DNA from: Eledone cirrhosa
Taxonomy: Eukaryota
Assembly (NCBI GenBank): GCA_964016885.1
Contig: OZ024754.1
Coordinates: 23,002,001 to 23,066,000, forward strand
Direction of reading: 5' to 3'
DNA length: 64,000 bases
How positions within the stretch are numbered: the first letter of the stretch is position 1; every line of letters starts with the position of its first letter. The notes beneath the pieces are model-generated. The model did not search any database. It had not been told where the DNA came from and worked only from the letters and a program-made list of their open reading frames with translations. This document shows, in pieces, positions 1 to 13,045 of the stretch. A program made the position numbers and the translations under genes.

Positions 1-621
1 ATAGCAGAATATAATTATATGCAAATAGAAATCAAAATTAATACATATACATATACATATACATACACATATATATATACACATATATATACATATATAT
101 ATACATATATACACATATACATACGCACACACATACACATACACATATACATATACATATTTTTTCAAAAATTGCAAAGAATATATTAACTAGGTATAAA
201 TCCAAAACACATCCCATTCTATGATTAGATGACATTCTGCAATTCGTCTGTATAAGGATATTAATTTTAAGCCAATTAAATTAAATTTTTAGGTTGATTA
301 AAATTAAAATTAAAACCAAATTATAAATATATTTCTAAAATGTATATTAATTAGGTCTATAATACTAAAAATTATTTCTCTGTCATTGGATACACGATAT
401 TTTGTTATATTTTATCTGTAAAAGAATTATAATAAAAGGTTTAAATAAATTAAAATTAATCTATAAATTAAATTACTAAGTATATATTAGTAATGTTTAA
501 AGGTTTTTCACAATTTATGATTACATAATATTTTATATTCTCATCTGTAATAGAATTTTAATTAAATTAAATTTATAGGTTAACTAACATTTAAATTAAA
601 TTAATTTCTAAAATAATGTTA

Positions 622-3063
622 TTAATTAGGTTTATAATATTTAAATGTTTTTTTTAGTTTATGATTACACGATATAATTAATTCCTGTCGTTTATTTAAT
701 AGGATATCCTTAGATTTCATTATTTCAAATAGTTCTTGGGAACATAATCTACATTCATTTCTATTATTTTGATAAGGGGTGGCTCTTTTGAGCACACTCC
801 AGGTCAAATCATATTCTATATTCTTATTTTTATAACTATTGATTTTTTCTGCTAGAGATGTTGTATTAGCCAGTGCGGCATTTTTAAAACTATGCTTGTG
901 GGTATTAAACCTTGTCTTAAAATTGTTAGAGGTAGCTCCTATATATGAGCAAATAGAATCTTTAGTTTTAACATTACATTTATAGACTATGTTGTTAACA
1001 AGACAATTCCCTTTTAATGGGCAGTTTGCTTTGTTTCTACAGTTACAACCTTTCGTTAATTCTGTATTTGAGGAGATATTATGGTTAATTTGATGTACTG
1101 GTGGTATACTTATGGTTTTCTTACATTTATATGCATTATAGGCACTTATATTTTGTTTTATGTTATTTGTTGTAGAGTATGAGAATTTAACTGTAGACCT
1201 ATTTAAGATTTGATGGTATTTGTGGTTTGGCGGGAAGTTTTTCTCTAGGATATAAAAAATTTTTTTAGCAATATTATCCTTAATTTGTAAATTAAATGGA
1301 GCATTATACCAAGTAACCCGTCTATTACGGTTTCTATGTTGTTTATTATTTTTATTATTTTTATAGGTTGTATCGTGATTTTTACTAGGAGGATTAATGT
1401 TAATGATCTCACCACAACCATTTTTAGTTATATTTGTAGATTTAGGTGTTTTATCCTTTTTATTAGGAATTTTATTATTAATATTTATTAGAGTTGTATG
1501 ATAAGTAGTTTTTTGAGAGTTACTATACTTTATATTAGAAGATTTGGTATTTTGGGGTATAGTGTGGGTGGCATTTAGGTGTGTACTTTTCATTTGGTGT
1601 TTGTTGGTAATATTAGGTTGTATGCTTTCAGTATTTTTAGTAGAAGGTATATATTCTAATCTATTTTTGTGGCCACTTCTATCTAGAGCTTCGTTATAGA
1701 AGGTCGCATTTTTATCAAATACATCTTGGTTAGAAGAAAGGTTAGAAATTCTAAGTGATATATTATATGCAAGGTTTTTAAGGATAGATTTAGGGTGATT
1801 AGATTGTGAGTGTATGTAATGTAAGTTTTGGTTTGGTTTATGGTAAGGTTGGTAGATACCCGTAGCTAAATCTAAAGTTATATCTAGGAAATTTACTACT
1901 TTACTTGTTTTTTCAAAAGTAATATTAAGATTATAATAGTCTTTAAGGAAAGTTCTAATATGTTTTTTGTTTTTTTCAATTTCTGAAAGGCTAAGGTTGT
2001 TAGAAAGAAGAAGACAGTCATCACGATATAAACCACCTTTGAGGTGGGGAAAGGAGGCATTTATGTTGAAAAGGAGAAAGAGGCCCACAAGATCAGTAAT
2101 TTGGGCGGAATCGCTTGAACCCATAGTAATATTAAAAAGATTACTATATGTGTTTCTGGTCCAGTATTCATTCTGAAATTCAATAAGTGTTAGTCTAGCA
2201 TGTGTAATAATATTAATGTCATCCAAAGTTAAGTTAGATCTATTTTTAGCAAATATCAATGCTTTGTTCAGGAGTATAGGTGATATAGAAGAATAGTAAT
2301 TATCTATATCAAATTGTAGAAATGAAGCAGAAGATTTACATCTAATATTTTTAAACCAGTTAATTACCTGGGAGGTGTTTTCCCAGAGTGGTAAAATAAC
2401 GTGTTTTCTTATTTGTGGGATGACTCTATCCAAAATTTTTTTGCTAATTATTCCAATATCTGATTTGGAGGGACATATAAGTCTAATAGAAGGATTTGAG
2501 TTAAAATTTGATTTATGATCCTTCAGGTTGAAGTGTGGTCTTTTCAATGCCAAAGGTTCAGTTCTATCTTCAATGTTTAGTTTTTTTACTATGTTGTGTG
2601 TTTTGTTGTTGATGTTGGTGAGTGACGCATTATTAGATTTTTTATAATTTTTTCTGAGTTCTTTATATATGAACTCATTATAATGTTCAATATCCATATG
2701 ATACAAGTTACCAGTTTTGTCCGAGTGGACATGGATTTTTTTAGACTTTTTTAGGTCCAATAGGGTAGAATCAAGGTCCTTTTGAAAGACGGATTTATAC
2801 TTTTTAAATTTGAGGTGTTTAATTAAATTAAAAAGGTCTTTCTCGAAGTCTTCAAGTAAAAAGTTGTGTGGTGGATTCTTGTAAGTATTGAAATCATACA
2901 TATATTTCCGATCTGCTTGTTTAGATTTTCTATCGAAATGGTAGGCTCTCCATCTAACCCTTCTGATAAAATTATTAGTTTTCTGAATCATAAGGAGTAA
3001 GAAGTCATCCTTAGAAGGTATTGGTATGTTTTTTAAAGAGGTTCCTAAATATTGTTTTTCCAT
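622..3063 (-). CDS. Penelope-like element (Naiad-type) RT + GIY-YIG endonuclease, intact ORF of about 813 aa from the ATG at 3063
   Basis: Contains SDKTGN, QFDIDNYYSSI, ITMGSSDSAQITDLVG, GGLYRDD and VNFLDITLDL. These are followed by CNCRNKANCPLKGNC, IVYKC...YIG and C-terminal CRLC...CNH. No internal stop. Confidence 0.95.
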   Translation of the reverse strand: MEKQYLGTSLKNIPIPSKDDFLLLMIQKTNNFIRRVRWRAYHFDRKSKQADRKYMYDFNTYKNPPHNFLLEDFEKDLFNLIKHLKFKKYKSVFQKDLDSTLLDLKKSKKIHVHSDKTGNLYHMDIEHYNEFIYKELRKNYKKSNNASLTNINNKTHNIVKKLNIEDRTEPLALKRPHFNLKDHKSNFNSNPSIRLICPSKSDIGIISKKILDRVIPQIRKHVILPLWENTSQVINWFKNIRCKSSASFLQFDIDNYYSSISPILLNKALIFAKNRSNLTLDDINIITHARLTLIEFQNEYWTRNTYSNLFNITMGSSDSAQITDLVGLFLLFNINASFPHLKGGLYRDDCLLLSNNLSLSEIEKNKKHIRTFLKDYYNLNITFEKTSKVVNFLDITLDLATGIYQPYHKPNQNLHYIHSQSNHPKSILKNLAYNISLRISNLSSNQDVFDKNATFYNEALDRSGHKNRLEYIPSTKNTESIQPNITNKHQMKSTHLNATHTIPQNTKSSNIKYSNSQKTTYHTTLININNKIPNKKDKTPKSTNITKNGCGEIININPPSKNHDTTYKNNKNNKQHRNRNRRVTWYNAPFNLQIKDNIAKKIFYILEKNFPPNHKYHQILNRSTVKFSYSTTNNIKQNISAYNAYKCKKTISIPPVHQINHNISSNTELTKGCNCRNKANCPLKGNCLVNNIVYKCNVKTKDSICSYIGATSNNFKTRFNTHKHSFKNAALANTTSLAEKINSYKNKNIEYDLTWSVLKRATPYQNNRNECRLCSQELFEIMKSKDILLNKRQELIISCNHKLKKTFKYYKPN

Positions 3064-3102
3064 TGTGATATGGATGATGGACAATTGAAAGAGCTCAACT
3101 AA

Positions 3103-3293
3103 ATGTATATGGGTTTATATGTGTGTGTGTGTGTGTGTATATATATCTTTGTATATGTGTATGTGTATGTTCGTGTAGGTGTATGTGTGTGTATGACTAT
3201 ATATGTATGTGTATGTGTGTATGTGTGTGTATATGTATATCTATGTGTGTGTACATGTATGTATGTGTATGTATGTGTATATGTGTATGTCTG

Positions 3294-3350
<57 letters not shown>

Positions 3351-3354
3351 ATAT

Positions 3355-3386
<32 letters not shown>

Positions 3387-3673
3387 GTTTCTCTATTTGT
3401 ATATGTATATGTGTATGGGTATATACCTTTTTCTTTGTATGTCTGAGTTGTGTGAGAGTGTAGTGGTGTTTGTATGTATATACCGATATATAGATGCGTA
3501 AGTATTTGTCTGTATGTATGTTTATATGTCTGTATGTATTTGTGTGTATATATAGGTATGTATGTGTATATCTGTATGTATATATGTATGTAAGTGTATG
3601 TATATGTGTGTGTATGTGTGTATATATATGTGTGTCTATATAGTATGTGTGATTATATGTGTATGTATGAGTG

Positions 3674-3722
<49 letters not shown>

Positions 3723-3886
3723 ATATATATATGTGTATTTATATGTATGTGTGTATATGTATGTATGTGTGTATATGTATATGTTTATATATGTGTGTGT
3801 ATGTATGTTCTAAGTATGGATGTGTGTATATGTATGTATGTGTTTGTATATGTGTATGTATATATATGTGTGTGTGTGTGTATGTG

Positions 3887-3966
<80 letters not shown>

Positions 3967-4947
3967 CTTGATATATTTCTTTTTTCTTTTTTCTTTTTTC
4001 TTTTTCTTTTCTTTCCTTTTTAATGTTTATTTATTATTTATTATTTTTTATTTTTTATTTTCTTAGCTTATAGATACATCTATATTAAGCAGTCAGCCCA
4101 AACCGTTGAATACTGACCTCCCCCCCCCTCCCACCTAATTTCTGTATCTTTATCTAAATGTGTGTGCCAGTGTTTATGTGAGTGAATTAATATCCATGTG
4201 CTTAGGATTTTATATCCACATATATATATGTGAGTGGGGATGTGTGTGTGGATGTATGTTCGTAGTTTATGTGTATGTCTATGCATATACGCGCGTGTAT
4301 GTGTGATTGTACTGATATGTGTTAGTATGAAAATATGTGTATACACTTATTTCATATTTATGTATCTATACGCATCTTATCTGTGCATTATAAACTTACT
4401 GAGACATTAACCTTGAAATTTTGTATTTGCATCCATCCTTTTTGTATGCGTATACAGGTTCTGCATACATTTTTGTAAAATATGTGTAAGGTTTGTTACA
4501 TGTATATACACACACCGAACTGCATTAAACCTTTTGTATTTTCATTGGTCAATTTGGTTCCCAAACGGACCTGAAAGTTTGAATTGTTGTTATTATCAAT
4601 AAATATATTTCATTATTTCTGAAGACGGCGTATATATGTGTTGGTATGTATATTTAATCTTGATAGTTTGTATAATTTTGTATAATTTTGTACATAGATC
4701 TGTTGAATATGCATGCCAACTCTAACACATATATATCCTAGAAACGATCGTTAAATAATGAACTTTTTTTGTTTAATATAAGGAATTGTTTATTCATTAT
4801 TTGTTTAATATTTTATCTTGACTCTGTATACCGTTTATCTTTCACCGAAAGTGATTTTTCATTACATCTCTTCTTTCCATGATATCCGGAATACATTGAG
4901 TTCTTCATACGGATTGGACACTACCGTAAACTCTTGGTAGATTTATC

Positions 4948-4950
<3 letters not shown>
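3103..4950 (+). mobile_element. PLE 3' UTR/pLTR segment (TG/TA-rich) inverted relative to the adjacent ORF, ending in (TA)n
   Basis: Carries an HHR about 190 bp before the (TA)n junction and abuts the 5' leader of the 622-3063 ORF head-to-head. Confidence 0.55.
4609..4762 (+). ncRNA. Type I hammerhead ribozyme with about 115-nt stem II (family A)
   Basis: Stem I TTCATTATTT/AAATAATGAA, core CTGAAGA, long stem II (TATATATGTGTT/AACACATATATA), GAAA, palindromic stem III ACGATCGT, GUU site. Confidence 0.8.
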
Positions 4951-6061
<1,111 letters not shown>

Positions 6062-6319
6062 TGTTCCTGATTATTACTAGAAATTCTATAAGAATCAAAC
6101 ATTCATGATTTTCAGCAAACAGGTGGGGTACTTGGCGTTGATAAGTACCAATCAGTACCAAACATAGCTCTGTCAGCTTTATCTCCCCCTGTTTGCTGAA
6201 AATTTAAAGTAAGTGAGACTGTCACTACTCTAAAACAATAGCATAGAGTCTTCGAAATGCTTTTAATTAAGCATACAATGTATTGCAAAATACACTATAT
6301 ATACATTCATATATATATG

Positions 6320-6354
<35 letters not shown>

Positions 6355-6456
6355 GTATATATATATGTATATATATGTATATATATATATGTGTATATGT
6401 ATATGTATATATATATATATGTATATATGTATATATGTATATGTATATATATATGT

Positions 6457-7427
6457 AATAATAATAAATTTGAAGACTAAAATCCAAAGAGGGCTGGATA
6501 AGGATAAATATATATCAAATATTTTACCCGTATGTTTTGTGAAGGTACGTATACCTTCTCGTACGTATATTTGATTGTTTATGTTATGGCGTATAATTTT
6601 ATCTATTCTGGTACATATGGTTTGGCTATGTGTATACTGGAGTTTTGCTTCTGTGCGAGTATGCAGGTTCGTACGTATGTTGGGTGTGTGTATATGTGTA
6701 CTTCATGTTTTGGTTGACTTACGTCTCCGGACATTCGTGTATTTACATGTAGGTATGTGTGTGCGCTTGTTATATACGTATTTATTTATTTATATACGTT
6801 TATATAATTATTTATTTATTTGTATACACGCATACACACACATTTATATGTGCGTGGTTTTGTATACCGATGGTAAGTGTTCTGCGTATGCTTGTGTACG
6901 TACGTATTTGTTTGCGTGTATGTATTTATTTATTTCTATTACTTCTGTATTGTATTTATTTACTTTGCTCTTAACTCTGTAGCGGAGATTCATTCGGTCT
7001 TCTAGTTAGAATTTTAGTCTACGACTTCTGCTATACCATTTACGTGGTTTTGTCTTTGCGTGCTATTGTTCTCCACGCTCCACATATGACGTATTATCTT
7101 CGTTGTTTTCGTTCATTGCCAGAGAACGTCTCTATGAACCACCTAAGAGAACATTAGTCTACGACCTCTTTTATACCATAAACGTTGTTCTGTCTTTGCG
7201 CGTAATTGTTTTTCATCGCTCCTATTAATGACGTATTATATTCGTTTTTTTCCCGTTCTTTGCCAGCGAACGCTTCCACGAACCAAAGTATCGTCTTCTT
7301 GTCTTCCTCCGGTTGCAACGTTTTTTGAAATATCCACTTCTGCGTTTACAGATTGACTTTGTTAGTTTCAGAAGATCCCGTTAAGGGTGAAAGCAGCGAT
7401 TCTTTTCTTAATCTGTTATTTTAATAA

Positions 7428-7428
<1 letters not shown>
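6457..7428 (+). mobile_element. 5'-truncated PLE-type fragment (family B) with an inverted copy of its own 3' tail at the left end
   Basis: 7087-7428 matches 42556-42905. 6457-6522 is the reverse complement of the family's 3' end at 42925-42990. Has an internal duplication of about 140 bp and a damaged HHR-like motif at 7364-7411. Confidence 0.75.
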
Positions 7429-7515
<87 letters not shown>

Positions 7516-7689
7516 TCATTCATCATCAATTCATTTTACGTCCGCTTTTCCCTGCTTGCAAGGGTGGGACGGGAACTGATTCTGGCTTGATTTCTACAGC
7601 TGGATGCCCTTCCTAACACCAACCTCATTTACAGTGAGTGCTGGGTACTTTTTTTCCGTGGCACCTCCACGACCACTTTGTAGTGGAAT

Positions 7690-7857
7690 GATAGAGACCC
7701 CAGTCCCTATCATCTCATTTCTACAGCTGAGTAAACTGGAGCAATGTGAAATAAAGTGTCTTGCTCAAGGAAACAACACATCACCCGGTCTGAGAATTGA
7801 ACTCACAACCTTTCGATTGCAAGGCCGATGCTCTAACCACTAAGCCATGTGCCTCCA
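7690..7857 (-). mobile_element. tRNA-derived SINE with CORE-like segment
   Basis: A box TGGCTTAGTGG, B box GAGTTCAATTC, then TCCTTGAGCAAGACACTTTATTTCAC. Related copy at 54790-55011. Confidence 0.85.
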
Positions 7858-8078
7858 TATATGTATATATATATATGTATATATATATATATGTATATAT
7901 GTATATATGTATATATACATATATATATATGTATATATGTATATATGTATATGTATATATATATGTATATATGTATATATATATGTATATATATATGTAT
8001 ATGTATATATGTATATATAAATATGTATATATATATATATGTATATGTATATATGTATATATATGTATACCTTTCATT

Positions 8079-8187
<109 letters not shown>

Positions 8188-8231
8188 GTATATATATATA
8201 TGTATATATATATATGTATATATATTTATGT

Positions 8232-8409
8232 ATATATGTATATGTATATATCTAAGACGGGTGAAACTCCCGAGATCCATGGACGAGTTCTCTCCAGGGT
8301 CTCTGTCCCTCATTATCACTGCCATGTCCTGCGTCTCCAACTGACCAGTGTCTGTCCTTAGGGCATCAACATACGTTAACCTTGGTCTTCCTCTTTTAGT
8401 GTGTCCATG
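8232..8409 (-). mobile_element. 3' fragment of an RTE-group LINE
   Basis: Translates as [22 protein letters not shown]...MRDR, a typical RTE C-terminus. Flanked by (TA)n. Confidence 0.7.
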
Positions 8410-8431
8410 TATATGTATATATATATATATG

Positions 8432-8463
<32 letters not shown>

Positions 8464-8477
8464 TGTATACATATATA

Positions 8478-11118
8478 GCGAAGGACATGTGGTAGGGAAC
8501 CAGATGGACCATAACGCACCAAAGTACTCAATACTTAGGGTAGTAGAATGGGTAATAGGAACGAGTAGGACCACGACGGCTGAGCTCAAGCCGTTTCGAC
8601 GGATAATTCTGGACTAAATGAAAATGGTTATCCTGGTACATGAATAGCCGAGCTTCTCTGCAGGTAATTCCATATATGGTAAAAGTGATTGTCACAAGGA
8701 TTGGTCAAAAGTTTGTCGTTGAGACACATAATTCTATCATGGCAATTTGTTGAAGTAAGAGGTTGCTGAACTTGCCAGTAGAAGAAAGAGGGAGAGGGAG
8801 TGGAGGAAACCCAGTCGTGCGTTGATAGTGCCAACTACAGCAGGATCCTAAGAGTAGGAGGTCAAGAAAGTATACTAGGGAGGGGGAGGGGGAGGAAGTC
8901 GAAAGAATAAGGAAATCAATATGGAGTAAATATATAGAAGAATAATAAGAATGTTAAAAATATAAAAAAACAATTTCTGGTTACTATTCCCTTACCACAA
9001 TCATCAAGTCTCTCACTGGTACTCGGTACTGCCAAACTATAGAGAAGTTTAATAGGTGGGACGGAATTGTAGTGAAAGAATTTTATGAGTTAGTAGTAAT
9101 CATCCAAATCTATCTTACAGTGACAGGTCAACAAGTAGGGGCCCCAAATAATAAAGAAACTACTACGAGATAATAATTCAGAGTCCCGAAACTAATACGA
9201 AATAATAATTCAGAATCCCGAAAATGAATACTAATACGATATATAAAGGTGCCGCTACGATACAAAAATTCTAATACAAACTACATAAATGCTCGTACGA
9301 TATATATGTAAAATTTGATATGAAAAATAAATTCAGAATCCCCCCCCCCCCCCCAAAAAAAAATACTGATATACGAGAAACTAAAGCAGAGATACCACTA
9401 AGAAATCTAGAAAGCACGGAAATGGGGCAGCCATCGGATAAGAAAGCAAGTATCTGGGGTCTATCACATCTGCTATAAAAAGCGGAGTCGTCCAATTCTA
9501 TCATAGAATAGGGGATGGGGTGGGGGTACTGAGGCTACAAAGGACCGAAGGGCTGCCTCGGGGTGGGCAAGAAAGTGAAAAGGACGACGACAAAGAAGGA
9601 GAACTGGGGTGGAAGGACTAGGAAGGGATGGGGGGAAGAAGGAAATATAGAGGAAACGATAAAAAGATATATAAGAAAATCTTACGTCTACCTTTGCAAG
9701 CAGGGGTTACCCATTACAAAGTCGGCAAGTGGGGTGTTACAGCCCTTGTCTACCCCCCGGGTCATTATGGGGTTTGAGGGCGAGGTAAGTCCTACGCAAT
9801 CTGTGTTTGCATGCAGTTACCAGTTCGTCTTTCTTGTTTAGGAGTTGGTCCGTCGAAAACAGCATTTGTAATGTTTCCTCCGAACATAAATTGCACGGAC
9901 GGCGTCCTCCCGTGTAAGAATTGGCTCTGAACAGTAAGTTCCAAGTGAGATCATAGGTTATATTGTTATCTTTGAGGTCCCAGATGTGGCCCGAAACTAT
10001 GGTGGCGTGACGCCGGGCCGGGTTTCGGAAAGTATGTCTGTGTTGGTATAGCCGGGTCTTGAAGTCACATGTGGTTAATCCTATATAAGCTTTGTTGGAG
10101 GTGTCCGTCCTCACGTTGCACTGGTAGATCACATTACGATTTCTGCATCTATTGTCGATGGGGAAAATGGATCCATCAGGACAGTTGCACCTCCTGGTCG
10201 GCTTTCCACTGCTATTTAGGTTATTTCTTCCATAGGGGTTGAGTTTTTTGTTGTTAGAGGAGACGATGTTTTGTGCAAAATTAGGTGTGGTGCTGTAGGA
10301 GAGTTTGATGGTATTTTTGTTGATTATGTTGTGGTAGCGGTGTTGTAGTGGGAAGTGTTTCTCGATGAGCCTAAAGAAGATTTTTCCCGATAGGTGTTAT
10401 CACCTCGGCGTTGTGGGGAGGATTGAACCATGTTACGTTGCGTGAGCGGCGGTGTCGCCTGCTGGTTCCGCTAATGGAAGCTGGACAGTAGGATATTTCC
10501 TTCCGGAAGCCACTCCGCTTGAGGGCTTGGTTGTAATAAGGCGCATGTTCCTCGAATATCTGCTCATTAGCGGACAAACGAGATATACGGAGGGAGATGT
10601 TTTTAACCAGGTTATTGGTGATGTTTCTAGGATGGTTTGACCGGCGGTGGATGTAGTGCAGGTTGTCGTTGGGTTTCCTGTATGGGTAGTACAGGTCATT
10701 ATCGAGGTCAAGGGTAACGTCCAGGAAGTTTACTCGGGTTAGGGACGTTTGTAGGGTTATTTTAAATCCCCAGTCGCGGAAGAAGCTGATTAATTGTTTA
10801 CGGACCCGGTCTGTACTACTGGGGTTGTACCCTAAAGGGTAAGGAGTCCATCATCACGGTACAATCCACCGCCGAATGCGGGAAACATATCGGTGAGTTT
10901 AACTAGTAGGAATAATCCTATAAGATCTGTGTCCTCAGCCGAATCCGTCGCGCCCATACTGACGTCGAAGGGTGAGTCGGGAGCTCTCTTTATCCATTTT
11001 GAGTTGTCAAAAAGTAGGACTGTCTTCCTGGTGTGGAGGATGATATTTCTTTCCTGGTCGGTGATGGGCGCAAGTGTCTCGGCAAAGTCCAAGGCAGCCG
11101 TAAGGAGTGGTAAGGTAA
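8478..11118 (-). mobile_element. 5'-truncated, frameshifted PLE (Naiad-type): coding remnant 9737-11118 plus 3' UTR
   Basis: VSMGATDSAE, GGGLYRDDGLL, TWFNPP, CNCPDG, IYQC...AYIG and CNLC are split over several frames. Confidence 0.9.
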
Positions 11119-11316
11119 TTGAAGCATAGTAACTCTCTCTCTATATATATGTATATATGTATATGTATATATATATATATGTATATATATATATGTATAT
11201 GTATTTATATGTATATATGTATATGTATATGTATGTATATGTATATATATATATATATGTATATATATGTATATATATATATGTATATATATATGTATAT
11301 ATATGTATATATATAT

Positions 11317-12131
11317 GAAAGACGTAAATAAGAAAGTTATGAAAATTGACTTAGCAAATATATGTTTTGTCTTAGTAACTTTGTGGGTCTATGCAGGGGA
11401 ATGCAGAACAATTATAGGAAAGACGTAAATAAGAAAGTTATGAAAATTGACTTACTTACTAAAATTTTACTCCAACTAATTAGTTTCTGTAAGGGGATAA
11501 ATATAGTTACGTAATATAACTATAGAGAAGCCTTACGTCATCAGGGAGTCTATTCTCAGCTAAGCTTCCAGGCAATGCGGGGACACTGGGAACTTATATA
11601 AAAATAATTCAATGGATGGAAAAAAGCGAGCGGGGCTAGATTCCAAGACATTGAAAAATTCACTGCCTACTTGGTCAAGTGGCAAATTCAAAAGAATCAA
11701 TCACGGGACACTGAGGTTAATCAGCTAGGAGTGGGGGTGCTATTAACAGAGAGCCTAGCCATTACTATCAGTCACAGTAGTAATTTCAGCAAATTTTGCT
11801 CAAAAAATAATTTGGAGATAATTATAAAGAATTAATATATCTACCGACATATGTATACAGATGCATACCTATGCTAGCAAATATATATGTTTTGTCTTAG
11901 TAACTTTGTGGTTCTATGCAGGGAGATGCAGAACAATTATATGAAAGACGTAAATAAGAAAGTTATTTCTATTCTCAGCTAAGCGTCCAGGCAATGCGGG
12001 GACACTGGGAACTTATATAAAAATAATTCGTCTTTCATATAATTGATCTGCATCCCCCTGCATAAAACATATATATTTGCTAGCATAGGTATGCATCTGT
12101 ATACATATGTCGGTAGATATATTAATTCTTT
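11317..12131 (-). mobile_element. ORF-less HHR-bearing tandem element (family C, about 526-bp period) with inverted terminal segment 12029-12131
   Basis: GAAAGACGTAAATAAGAAAGTTA recurs at about 11317, 11417 and 11943. 11826-11893 is inverted at 12064-12131. Confidence 0.75.
11469..11549 (-). ncRNA. Type I hammerhead ribozyme (family C)
   Basis: Reverse complement reads ACTCC CTGATGA c GTAAGG...TATAGTTA/TAACTATA...CCTTAC a GAAA CTAATTAG TT GGAGT. Confidence 0.88.
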
Positions 12132-12202
12132 ATGTATATATATATATGTATATATATATGTGAATATATATATGTATGTAAATATGTAGATATATATGTA
12201 GA

Positions 12203-12303
<101 letters not shown>

Positions 12304-12344
12304 GTATATATATATGTATATATGTATATATATGTATGTATATA

Positions 12345-12447
<103 letters not shown>

Positions 12448-12448
12448 G

Positions 12449-12550
<102 letters not shown>

Positions 12551-12716
12551 TGTATATATATGTATATATATATATATGTATATATGTATCTATATATATG
12601 TATATATATATATATTTATATATATATATATATGTATATATATGTATATATATATATATATATATGTGAATATATATATGTATATATATATATGTATATA
12701 TATATGTATATATATG

Positions 12717-12747
<31 letters not shown>

Positions 12748-12832
12748 GTATATGTATATATATATATATGTACATATATATATATAAGTATATATATATA
12801 TGTATATATATATATATGTATATATATATAGG

Positions 12833-12959
<127 letters not shown>

Positions 12960-12990
12960 GTATATGTATATATATATGTATATATATATG

Positions 12991-13044
<54 letters not shown>

Positions 13045-13045
13045 T

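Noticed and set aside
7790-7857. tRNA gene
   Set aside because: The A/B boxes continue into a SINE body shared with 54790-55011, and there is no complete cloverleaf.
8565-8650. Hammerhead in the 3' end of the 8.5-11.1 kb PLE (minus: GTC GAAA CGGCT...AGCCG TC)
   Set aside because: Only the GAAA/stem III/GUC half is recognisable and no CUGANGA was found, so it is not called.
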